A stretch of 40,528 nt of DNA, taken from contig JBFGJV010000003.1 in the NCBI GenBank assembly GCA_041577015.1, forward strand, positions 1 to 40,528, in the 5' to 3' direction. Shown here in pieces: positions 30,139 to 37,631 of this stretch. The notes under the pieces were generated by a model. The model was not told the origin of the DNA, made no database searches, and saw only the letters and a list, made by a program, of their open reading frames with translations. This DNA comes from Myxococcota bacterium. GTDB taxonomy: Bacteria; Myxococcota_A; UBA9160; PR03. A program made the position numbers and the translations under genes. The stretch's first letter is position 1. Every line of letters begins with the position of its first letter.

Positions 30139-30552
30139 TCAGCCCGCGGCGGTGCGCCGCGGGTTCTCGTGCGTCGCGCAGCGCTCGTCGCAGCCCACGC
30201 GTCCGGTCAGCCGCAGGCGGTTACGGGCGAACCAGCGGTAGCCGGCCTCCGCCACCCGCCGCAGGCCCGGCCAGCGGGTGGGCGCCAGCAGCCAGCCCAG
30301 ACCCACGGCGGCATAGGCGCGCCGGAAGACCTCGAGGCCCTCGATCACCCTTCCGTCGGGAAGGCGCCCGTGGATGCGCGCCATCAGGTCGGCCCGGGAG
30401 CGCCGATAGGGCGCCGGGTCGAAGGCGGGGGCCGCGATGTCGGTGAAGACGATGCGCCCGCGCTTGCGGTCGAGCCGTCGCAGCCCGCGGATCTCCCGCG
30501 CGCAGAGCGGGCAGTCGCCATCGAAGAGAATCTCGATCTCCCAATTCGCCAT
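30139..30552 (-). CDS. DCC family (DUF393) thiol-disulfide oxidoreductase-like protein
   Basis: ILFDGDCPLCAREI (DxxCxxC), Y.WFARNR; ATG 30552. Confidence 0.9.
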   Translation of the reverse strand: MANWEIEILFDGDCPLCAREIRGLRRLDRKRGRIVFTDIAAPAFDPAPYRRSRADLMARIHGRLPDGRVIEGLEVFRRAYAAVGLGWLLAPTRWPGLRRVAEAGYRWFARNRLRLTGRVGCDERCATHENPRRTAAG

Positions 30553-30634
30553 AGGGTGAATATAGACGAAAAATCCCTGTAATGACCAGTGAGAGGCAGA
30601 AATACGATCTAAGCTACTGTTTTTGCTAATTTCT

Positions 30635-30661
30635 TGTTGTCTAAATATTTTATAGACAACA
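30635..30661. promoter_or_regulatory. Palindromic operator TGTTGTCTA-N9-TAGACAACA (candidate CarH/LitR site)
   Basis: Perfect 9-bp inverted repeat in an AT-rich intergenic region; its core geometry matches 36151-36173 upstream of carH/phrB. Confidence 0.7.
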
Positions 30662-30681
30662 GCCCGCCAGCCGGGTACACT
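30653..30681 (+). promoter_or_regulatory. Sigma-70 promoter of the sigma factor gene
   Basis: -35 TAGACA 30653-30658, 17 bp spacer, -10 TACACT 30676-30681, then GGAGGAG RBS and ATG 30707. Confidence 0.7.
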
Positions 30682-30706
30682 CTCGATCGCGCCCGGAGGA
30701 GCTTCC

Positions 30707-32026
30707 ATGTATGCCACGGCAGCTGCGCTCGGCCACGCCAACGAGCCCGGTGCTGCGCGTTCGCCCGGGCGTCGCCCGGCCGCCAGCCCGGACATCCTCG
30801 ACTGCTACCTCGCCGACATCCGGGACATTCCCCTGCTGTCTGGAGAGCAGGAGCTGGCGCTCTCGCGGCGCATGCGGAGGGCGGAGGCCGAGCTGCGGCG
30901 GTCCCTGCTGGAGACGCCGGCGGCGGCCCGGCTCCTGGCACGGCGCTGGCGGCGGCTGCGGCGCGCGGGGCGCGTGACGGGAGGCCTGAGCGTCCTGCAC
31001 CGCGGGGGCGGCGACGGTGACGCGAGCCAGCACGTGAACGGCTGCATGGCGCAGGTGGAGAGGGTGCTCGGGCGACTCGACGAGGTAGCTCACGGCCGTC
31101 GCCGCGGGGCCGCCTCCGCGCGTCGAGCCCTGCGCGCCCGCTTGACCAGGATCTTGGAGCGCCTCGATCCGACTCCGGAGGTCCTCGCCGAGATCCACCG
31201 CGCGCTCAAGGCGGAGTCGGAGGACCCGGCGCTCACGGCTCGGGAGTGGGCGCGGGAGCGCGCGCGCGCACGACGCGCCTGTCGGAGCCTCACCGAGGCC
31301 AAGAACACCTTCATGCGCCGCAACCTGCGCCTGGTGGTGTCCGTGGCCAAGGGCTTTCGCGGCATGGGTGTCGAGTTCGAGGATCTGATCGAGGAGGGCA
31401 ACCTGAGTCTGATGCGGGCCGTGGAGAAGTTCGACCCGGAACGGGGCTTCCGCTTCTCCACCTATGCCGTGTGGTGGATCCGTCAGGCCTGTATTCGAGC
31501 GGTGCAGAACACGTCGCGGACGATCCGGCTGCCAACCCACCTCTACGACCGCCTGCTCAAGTACCGCCGCATCCTTGCAAACTGGCATCGAGACCACGCG
31601 GAGGATCCCAGCCTCGCCGACGTGGCGCGGGAGATGGGCGTCTCCGAGGACGAGCTCGCGGAGCTGGTGCAGGCAGACCGCCGGCCGCTCGGTCTCGACG
31701 AGCCGGTCAGCGGAAGCGATGACGTGGTGGTCGCCGATCGCATTCGTCACGACGAAGATGCCGATGCCGTCCTGGACGGGCTGCGCCTGCAGGGCGAGAT
31801 CCCCTCCCTTCTGGCCCGCCTGTCTCCACGCGAGCGGCGTGTCCTCGAGTGGCGCTTCGGTCTCGGCGAGGGGCCCGAGCAGACGCTTCAGGCGGTGGGC
31901 GACACGCTGGGCCTCTCTCGCGAGCGCGTGCGACAGATCGAGCGTGAAGCCCTGGTGAAGCTGCGCGGCGAGGCGGAGGTGCGCGGCCTGCGCAGTCTAC
32001 TGGATGGGGAGGTCGCGCCGACCTGA
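30707..32026 (+). CDS. RNA polymerase sigma-70 factor, RpoD/RpoS-like (group 2-type, no region 1.1)
   Basis: Region 1.2 YLADIRDIPLLSGEQE, non-conserved insert, NLRLVVSVAK, DLIEEGN.SLMRAVEKFD, RFSTYAVWWIRQA, RTIRLP, region 4.2 LSRERVRQIE. Confidence 0.95.
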   Translation: MYATAAALGHANEPGAARSPGRRPAASPDILDCYLADIRDIPLLSGEQELALSRRMRRAEAELRRSLLETPAAARLLARRWRRLRRAGRVTGGLSVLHRGGGDGDASQHVNGCMAQVERVLGRLDEVAHGRRRGAASARRALRARLTRILERLDPTPEVLAEIHRALKAESEDPALTAREWARERARARRACRSLTEAKNTFMRRNLRLVVSVAKGFRGMGVEFEDLIEEGNLSLMRAVEKFDPERGFRFSTYAVWWIRQACIRAVQNTSRTIRLPTHLYDRLLKYRRILANWHRDHAEDPSLADVAREMGVSEDELAELVQADRRPLGLDEPVSGSDDVVVADRIRHDEDADAVLDGLRLQGEIPSLLARLSPRERRVLEWRFGLGEGPEQTLQAVGDTLGLSRERVRQIEREALVKLRGEAEVRGLRSLLDGEVAPT

Positions 32027-32033
32027 GCGGCGC

Positions 32034-32516
32034 TCAGGCCTCCAACCGTGAGCCGACCTCCGCGGCGGGGAAGAGCTCCCGGATGCGCCGGAAGCGGTAG
32101 TCGAAGATCGCGGCCAGCGCGGCGCGGACGGCCAGCTCGTGAGCCAGCGTTCCGAGCGGGCCCAGCGGCAGTCGGTAGTGCACGCGGTCGGTCATGAGCA
32201 CGCCGCCTCCCAGCGTCGCGAAGCGATGCTCGTGCTCCCAAAGGGCGTACGGGCCGCGCTGTTGGACGTCGAGGAACCCATCGGGCGGCTTCCAGCGCGC
32301 GATGCGCGTCCGCCAGCGCACCGGGAGGCCGGCGAGCCGGATCCGATAGGAGATGAGTGCTCCCTCGCGCATCGCGATGGGCAGGGGCGTAAGGATGCGG
32401 AAGCCCAGCCAGGGCGGCGTGAGGGTCTCCAGATTGGCCGCGTCCGAGAAGAAGGAGAATACCCGCTCCCGGGGAGCGGGAATCCACTGCTCCCGCTCCA
32501 GCAGGTACGGCTTCAA
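32034..32516 (-). CDS. SRPBCC (START-like) family protein
   Basis: LEREQWIPAPRERVFSFFSDAANLETLTPP, F.D.Q.RGPY..WEHEHRF, DRVHY.LP, IFDYR; TTG 32516 in a TTGA overlap with the acyltransferase stop. Confidence 0.88.
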   Translation of the reverse strand: MKPYLLEREQWIPAPRERVFSFFSDAANLETLTPPWLGFRILTPLPIAMREGALISYRIRLAGLPVRWRTRIARWKPPDGFLDVQQRGPYALWEHEHRFATLGGGVLMTDRVHYRLPLGPLGTLAHELAVRAALAAIFDYRFRRIRELFPAAEVGSRLEA

Positions 32517-33556
32517 GCGGCGCTCGGGAGCGTTTCCGCCCGATGCGCCTCGATCCAGGCGTCCAGGCGACTCCACTGGTTGTAGAGCCACGCCACCCGC
32601 TCCTCGCGGCCACGGGGAATCTCCGTCGCCGGCGCGCGCCCGAAGGCGACACGGATGCGTCGCCCGATCAGGGCGCCGCGCCAGAGCTGCCTGAAGCTGG
32701 CGGTGCCCTCGAAGCCCACGTGGGCGAGGAAGAGCACGTCGGCCTCGGGGCTGGCCTCCAGCAACGCCAGCGGGCCGCCGAGCCGCGGTGGAAGCACGTG
32801 GTGGAGCTGGCGCGCCCGTGCCACCAGGCCGGGGTCGTGGGCGCGCTCCAGCCGCGCCAGCACGCGCTCGCGCTTGGCGGGGCTGAAGCGTGTGCCCTCG
32901 GGAAAGATCAGCACGCCCTCGTCGTCGGCCAGGTGCTCCGCGAGGCGCCGCACCGCGTCGAGTTCGCGCTCGCTGTCCGCCGAGTCGCGTCTCACGAAGA
33001 CGTTCGGCACGCGCTGCCCCACCACGTCGAGACAGGGATCCCACAGCAGCTCGCGCTTGATCACGTAGCGCAGGCGAACGTCGTGCTGCGCCGAGATCAA
33101 GACGGCCGGCAGGATGGTGTCGCCCACGCTCGCGTGCCGGCAGAACACGAGCAGCGGTCCGCGCCCGATGGCCCCCGCCCCGCTCACCTCGAGCTCGACG
33201 TCGTAGATGCGCCGCACGCCCCACAGCAGCAGCCGCGCCCACAGGCCCTGGAGCCGGTGGTTCCAGCGCGCGTAACGCTCCGGCGCCGCGCCTGCCCAGC
33301 TTCCGCTCGCGAGCCAGGCCGTGCCCGCAGCCACGAGGCCCAGGCTCTCGCACCCCAGGTAGAAGGCCAGGAACAGCACGAGGCGTGCGATGGGAAACGG
33401 CCGTCGCCGCAGGGCGTCCACCAGGAGGGCCGCGGGCAACACGATGGGCAGCAACGTCCACAGCGCGACGGTCATGGCCAGATAGCCGGGAATCGTGAGC
33501 GCACGGCGGCCCCAGCGCGCCGCGAGCGTCTCGTCCCCGGGAAGCGGTCCTCTCAC
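32513..33556 (-). CDS. PlsC-like phospholipid/glycerol acyltransferase with N-terminal TM segments
   Basis: HASVGD (HxxxxD), YVIKRELLWDP, FVRR, IFPEGTR, LPPR motifs; start GTG 33556 is approximate. Confidence 0.88.
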   Translation of the reverse strand: MRGPLPGDETLAARWGRRALTIPGYLAMTVALWTLLPIVLPAALLVDALRRRPFPIARLVLFLAFYLGCESLGLVAAGTAWLASGSWAGAAPERYARWNHRLQGLWARLLLWGVRRIYDVELEVSGAGAIGRGPLLVFCRHASVGDTILPAVLISAQHDVRLRYVIKRELLWDPCLDVVGQRVPNVFVRRDSADSERELDAVRRLAEHLADDEGVLIFPEGTRFSPAKRERVLARLERAHDPGLVARARQLHHVLPPRLGGPLALLEASPEADVLFLAHVGFEGTASFRQLWRGALIGRRIRVAFGRAPATEIPRGREERVAWLYNQWSRLDAWIEAHRAETLPSAA

Positions 33557-33576
33557 GGTTCGAAGCGGACGCGCGC

Positions 33577-34119
33577 TCAATCGCTTCCCAGCGCCGGCCC
33601 CGCCCGAGCACGGAGCTCCAGGAAGCCAGCCATCACACCCGCGGCCAGCAGGTTCGCGACGGCCACCGACCCGGCGCCCAGCTCGCCGAGCGCGCCCGGC
33701 ATGAAGAGACCACCGATTCCCAGGAAGATCGCCTGGCACGCCACGAAGAGCGCCAGCCACACCAGAAGAGCGTGCAGGAAGCTGCGAGCCCCGGAGCGCC
33801 GACGGCTCAGCGCGGCGAACGCCGCCGTCAGACCCAGGAATACGAAGATCGTGCCGTGCATCACCGTGTAGCCGGCGACCAGCGCGCCCTGCACGACGCC
33901 GGGCTCGGGAAGCTTTCCCAGGAAGAAGGCGGACCCGAGCGCGTGGGGCGTGGCGAACGGCCGGCCCTCGCCAAGATCGAGCACGAAGAAGAAAGCGGCG
34001 ATCGCGAATGCACCGAGCACGCCCGCGAGGATCCCGTGGGCCACCCACGGGACGGAGCTCACGTCCACCGCGTCGACGTCGACCTCGCTCGCCGTGGTCT
34101 CGACGGATTTCGTGGTCAT
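33577..34119 (-). CDS. Hypothetical four-TM membrane protein
   Basis: ATG 34119 with AGAGAGGA RBS; hydrophobic helices; G.PF.TP.ALG and YTVMHG segments. Confidence 0.75.
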   Translation of the reverse strand: MTTKSVETTASEVDVDAVDVSSVPWVAHGILAGVLGAFAIAAFFFVLDLGEGRPFATPHALGSAFFLGKLPEPGVVQGALVAGYTVMHGTIFVFLGLTAAFAALSRRRSGARSFLHALLVWLALFVACQAIFLGIGGLFMPGALGELGAGSVAVANLLAAGVMAGFLELRARAGPALGSD

Positions 34120-34224
34120 GGGGTCACGTCCTCTCTGCGTATCCGACGACCACACTACATGAGATGCCGGCAGCGGGTACACGGCTTGCCCCGTGGGGTC
34201 GGGCGTGTGGAGGTCCCCGCGCCC

Positions 34225-35223
34225 TCAGGCGGGCGGGGCGGGGGCCGCGCCCACCCCCCGCCGCGGTGCGCGCCGGCGCGGCGCGCTCTCCAGGCCGGCG
34301 AGCCGGGTGCAGAGATCCCAGAGCGCACGGCGGTCGTCCGCCGTCTCGCGGGTGAAGGGCAGCAGGTGCTCGCGGGCCGGTGCCCGGTCGAACCAGAAGC
34401 CCCCGCTCGAGCGCGCGGGCTCGGCGGCCACCGCCAGCCAGATGGCCGTGTCCGCGCCCTCCTCGGCTGTGCGGAGGATGGCGCGCGTTGCGCGCCAGAA
34501 GCGCGGCAGAGACGTGCGCACCCCGGCGGTCGCGGCCCATCCCGGATGCATGGCGTGCACCACCACGCCATCCTCGCGCAGCCGCTCGGCCAGGAGCCCG
34601 GTCAGGACCACCTGCATCCGCTTGGCCTGCGCATAGGCGACGGTGCCGTCGAAGGCCCGGCGCCGCCAGGTGAGATCGTCCAGGGAGAGGCGCTGGGTGT
34701 ACATGCCGCCCGAGGACACGAACACGATCCGCGCGTGTCGGGCCGCCCGGAGCTTCCCCTCGAGCAGACGCGTGAGCAGGAAGGGACCCACCACGTGGGT
34801 TGCGAGCGTCCGCTCGATGCCCTCTTCGGTGAGCTCGCGCTCCGCCAGCAGGGCTCCGGCGTTGTGGACCAGCAGGTCCACGCGAGCCTCGGAGAAGTGC
34901 TCGGCGAAGCGCCGCACGGAGCCCAGGTCCGAGACGTCCAGCACGGCCAGGCGTATCCGGGGGTTGCCGCTCTCGGCCCGCAGTCCCGCCTCGGCCTCGC
35001 GGCCGCGCGCCTCGCTCCGACACAGCAGCCACACCGTGGCGCCCCGACGCGCCAGGGCCAGCGCCGTCGCGCGACCGATGCCCGCGTTGGCCCCCGTCAC
35101 CAGGCAGATGCGGCCGGACAGATTTGCGTCCAGATCCTCGGGCCGGAAGCCTCGCGCATGCCGCCGGAAGCCGTTGCGGTCGAAAGAGAAGACGATCGAG
35201 GCGTCGAGCAGGCGCCCGATCAC
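34225..35223 (-). CDS. Short-chain dehydrogenase/reductase (DHRS12-like)
   Basis: TGANAGIG, HNAG, VSSGGMY, YAQAKR, MHPGWAATAGV, GADTAIWL; GTGA overlap with the carH stop. Confidence 0.9.
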   Translation of the reverse strand: MIGRLLDASIVFSFDRNGFRRHARGFRPEDLDANLSGRICLVTGANAGIGRATALALARRGATVWLLCRSEARGREAEAGLRAESGNPRIRLAVLDVSDLGSVRRFAEHFSEARVDLLVHNAGALLAERELTEEGIERTLATHVVGPFLLTRLLEGKLRAARHARIVFVSSGGMYTQRLSLDDLTWRRRAFDGTVAYAQAKRMQVVLTGLLAERLREDGVVVHAMHPGWAATAGVRTSLPRFWRATRAILRTAEEGADTAIWLAVAAEPARSSGGFWFDRAPAREHLLPFTRETADDRRALWDLCTRLAGLESAPRRRAPRRGVGAAPAPPA

Positions 35224-36122
35224 GACGCGCGCCGGGCCCGGGCGCCGAGCAGACCCACCTTGTGCTCGAGCGCCTCGGCCGACTCGATGCGCTGAGCGCC
35301 GGACGGAAGCTCGACCGCGTCGGAGCCCGGGCCTCCCAACCAGAGCTCCACCTGGGGCGGAAGTCCGGCGCGCAGGCTGCGCAGCGTGCGCTCGGCCTCG
35401 CGCGCGGGAAGCCGGGCGATGCCCAGCGCGACCGCCCGCGCATCGAGCTGCTCGGTGGCGGCCAGCACCTCCTCAACCGGGAGGTCCGGTCCCAGGAAGA
35501 CCGCGTTGGCGCCCGCCTCCGCGGCGGCTACGGCGGCGACGAGCGCGCCGATCTCGTGGCGCTCGTTCGGGGGCGTCGTGAAGAGCACCGTCGGGGCCTG
35601 GGCCAGCGCGCGTCGGCGCAGGGAGGAGCCGAGCAGGCTGCGTATGGCTGCGCTCGCCAGGTGCTCCGCGGCCACGCACAGCTCGCCGGCCTTCCAGCGC
35701 TCGCCCACCTCGCGCAGCAGGGGCGAGACCACCAGGCTGCCGAAGCGCCGGGGGCCGAGCGCCGCGAGCTGCAGGGCCAGCTGGCGCTCCACCTCGTCCA
35801 CGTCCAGTCGATGGAGCGCCGAGAGCAGCGCCTGCAGCGGACCCTGCGCGGGCGCCTCGCGCGTCTCCACGCGTCGCTCCAGCTCGGCGTCCCCGAGCGC
35901 CGCGACCTCCGAGATCGGATGACCGGCCTCCACCGCCGCGCGGAGTAGACGCAGGCGCATCACCTCCGACTCGCGGTAGCGCCGCGTGCCCCCCGGCGTG
36001 CGCAGCGGTCGGACCGCCCCGTAACGCCGCTCCCAGGCCCGCAAGACGTGCGGGGAGAGGCCGGTCAGTCGGGATACGGCGCCGAGGGAGTAGGTCGCTT
36101 CGAGGGATCGGGTCCTGGGCAC
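35220..36122 (-). CDS. carH: MerR-family, cobalamin-binding light-responsive repressor (CarH/LitR)
   Basis: MerR HTH with LRAWERRYG and RTPGGTRRY; W-x9-EH (WKAGELCVAAEH) AdoCbl photoreceptor motif; ERHEIG B12-binding motif; FLGPDLP; LGG. Start taken as GTG 36122. Confidence 0.92.
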   Translation of the reverse strand: MPRTRSLEATYSLGAVSRLTGLSPHVLRAWERRYGAVRPLRTPGGTRRYRESEVMRLRLLRAAVEAGHPISEVAALGDAELERRVETREAPAQGPLQALLSALHRLDVDEVERQLALQLAALGPRRFGSLVVSPLLREVGERWKAGELCVAAEHLASAAIRSLLGSSLRRRALAQAPTVLFTTPPNERHEIGALVAAVAAAEAGANAVFLGPDLPVEEVLAATEQLDARAVALGIARLPAREAERTLRSLRAGLPPQVELWLGGPGSDAVELPSGAQRIESAEALEHKVGLLGARARRAS

Positions 36123-36128
36123 TGAGGA

Positions 36129-36205
36129 AGGGTCGCGAGTGAGGGCAGCGCTGTCAAGAAAGGATCTAGACAGGATTTGACAGCCCGGGAGCCTCGTGCG
36201 AGCTT
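36129..36205. promoter_or_regulatory. Divergent carH / phrB promoters with candidate CarH operator
   Basis: CTGTCAA-N9-TAGACAG palindrome 36151-36173 and a further TTGACA 36177-36182 (AGGATCTAGAC/AGGATTTGAC direct repeat). Minus-strand TTGACA-17-GACCCT places +1 near GTG 36122; plus-strand TTGACA-17-GAGCTT precedes phrB. Confidence 0.7.
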
Positions 36206-36218
36206 CCGGGCGATTCGC

Positions 36219-37631
36219 ATGCGTGCCCTCCACTGGTTTCGCAGCGACCTGCGTCTGCGCGACAACGCCGCCCTGGCCGCCGCGGCGTCCGCCGCGGACG
36301 AGCTGGTGGTCGCCTTCGTGCTGGACGACCGCCTGCTGGCCGGCGAGTCCACGGGCGCACCCCGGGTGCGCTTCCTGCTCGGTTGCCTGGAACGTCTGGC
36401 CGCGGATCTGGAGCGGCGCGGTCAGCGCCTGGTGGTGCGACGCGGCGACCCCCGCCGTGAGCTGCCCCGCCTGCTGCGGGAGACGGGAGCCGAGCGGCTC
36501 ACCTTCGCACGCGACTACGGCCCCTATGCCCGCGCTCGGGACGAGGCCGTGCGGGTGGGCGCCGAGAAGCTCGGCGTCGTGGTTCGCGACCTGAAGGACC
36601 GGGTGGTCTTCGAGAGCTCCGAGGTGCGCACCCGAGCCGGCGAACCCTTCCGCGTCTACACGCCCTTCCGGCGCGCGTGGGTGGCGCGCTTCCGCGAGGA
36701 CCCGCAGGAGCCGCTGGGGCCGGTGCGCCTGCCGCCGCCTCCGTCCGACCTGCGTGCCGGCAGGCTTCCGGAGGCCCGCAGCGTCGGCGCCGCGGACGAC
36801 GCCACCCAGATCCCCCCGCCCGGCGAGGCGGCCGCGCGTCGCCGGCTCCATGCCTTCCTGGAGCAGGGTCTCGCCGCGTACGCGAAGCGCCGCGACCTGC
36901 CGGGCGTAGACGGCACCTCCCGTCTCTCGCCCTACCTGCGTCTCGGCGCGATCTCCGTGCGCTGCTGCATCCAGGCCGCTCGCGAGCGCGTCCGCGACGA
37001 GCCGGCGGCCCGGGACGGGGCTCGTACCTGGATCGACGAGCTGGTCTGGCGCGAGTTCTACCACGCGATCCTGGCCGAGCATCCGCACGTGCTCGAGCGC
37101 GCCTTCCGTCCCGAGTTCGAGGCGATGCGCTGGAACGACGACGAGCCCGGCTTCCGAGCCTGGTGCCAGGGACGCACGGGCTATCCCTTCGTGGACGCCG
37201 CCATGCGGCAGCTGGCGGCCACGGGCTGGATGCACAACCGTGCGCGCATGGTGGTGGCCAGCTTCCTGACCAAGGACCTGCTGGTGGACTGGCGCCTGGG
37301 CGAGCGCTTCTTCATGCAGCACCTCGTGGACGGGGACCCCGCCTCGAACAACGGGGGCTGGCAGTGGGCGGCCTCCACCGGGACCGACGCACAGCCGTAC
37401 TTCCGCATCTTCAACCCCGTCTCCCAGGGCGAGCGCTTCGATCCGGACGGGAGCTACGTGCGGCGCTGGGTGCCCGAGCTCGCGCAGGTTCCCGACCGCT
37501 TCCTGCACAAGCCGTGGCTCTCACCGAGCCCTCCGCGCGACTATCCGGCGCCCATCGTCGATCACGCCGAGCGCCGGGCGCTGGCCCTGCGCCGCTACGA
37601 GGCCGCACGCGGCGCGCACTCCGGGCGATGA
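36219..37631 (+). CDS. phrB: Deoxyribodipyrimidine (CPD) photolyase
   Basis: HWFRSDLRLRDN, YTPF, TSRLSPYL, ELVWREFY, GRTGYPFVDAAMRQL, GWMHNRARM, NNGGWQW, YFRIFNP, FDPDG.YVRRWVPEL; ATG 36219. Confidence 0.96.
   Translation: MRALHWFRSDLRLRDNAALAAAASAADELVVAFVLDDRLLAGESTGAPRVRFLLGCLERLAADLERRGQRLVVRRGDPRRELPRLLRETGAERLTFARDYGPYARARDEAVRVGAEKLGVVVRDLKDRVVFESSEVRTRAGEPFRVYTPFRRAWVARFREDPQEPLGPVRLPPPPSDLRAGRLPEARSVGAADDATQIPPPGEAAARRRLHAFLEQGLAAYAKRRDLPGVDGTSRLSPYLRLGAISVRCCIQAARERVRDEPAARDGARTWIDELVWREFYHAILAEHPHVLERAFRPEFEAMRWNDDEPGFRAWCQGRTGYPFVDAAMRQLAATGWMHNRARMVVASFLTKDLLVDWRLGERFFMQHLVDGDPASNNGGWQWAASTGTDAQPYFRIFNPVSQGERFDPDGSYVRRWVPELAQVPDRFLHKPWLSPSPPRDYPAPIVDHAERRALALRRYEAARGAHSGR

Noticed and set aside
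36123-37508. 762-aa version of the MerR regulator (apparent fusion)
   Set aside because: The extension is the antisense of the photolyase gene; the MerR HTH begins right after GTG 36122.
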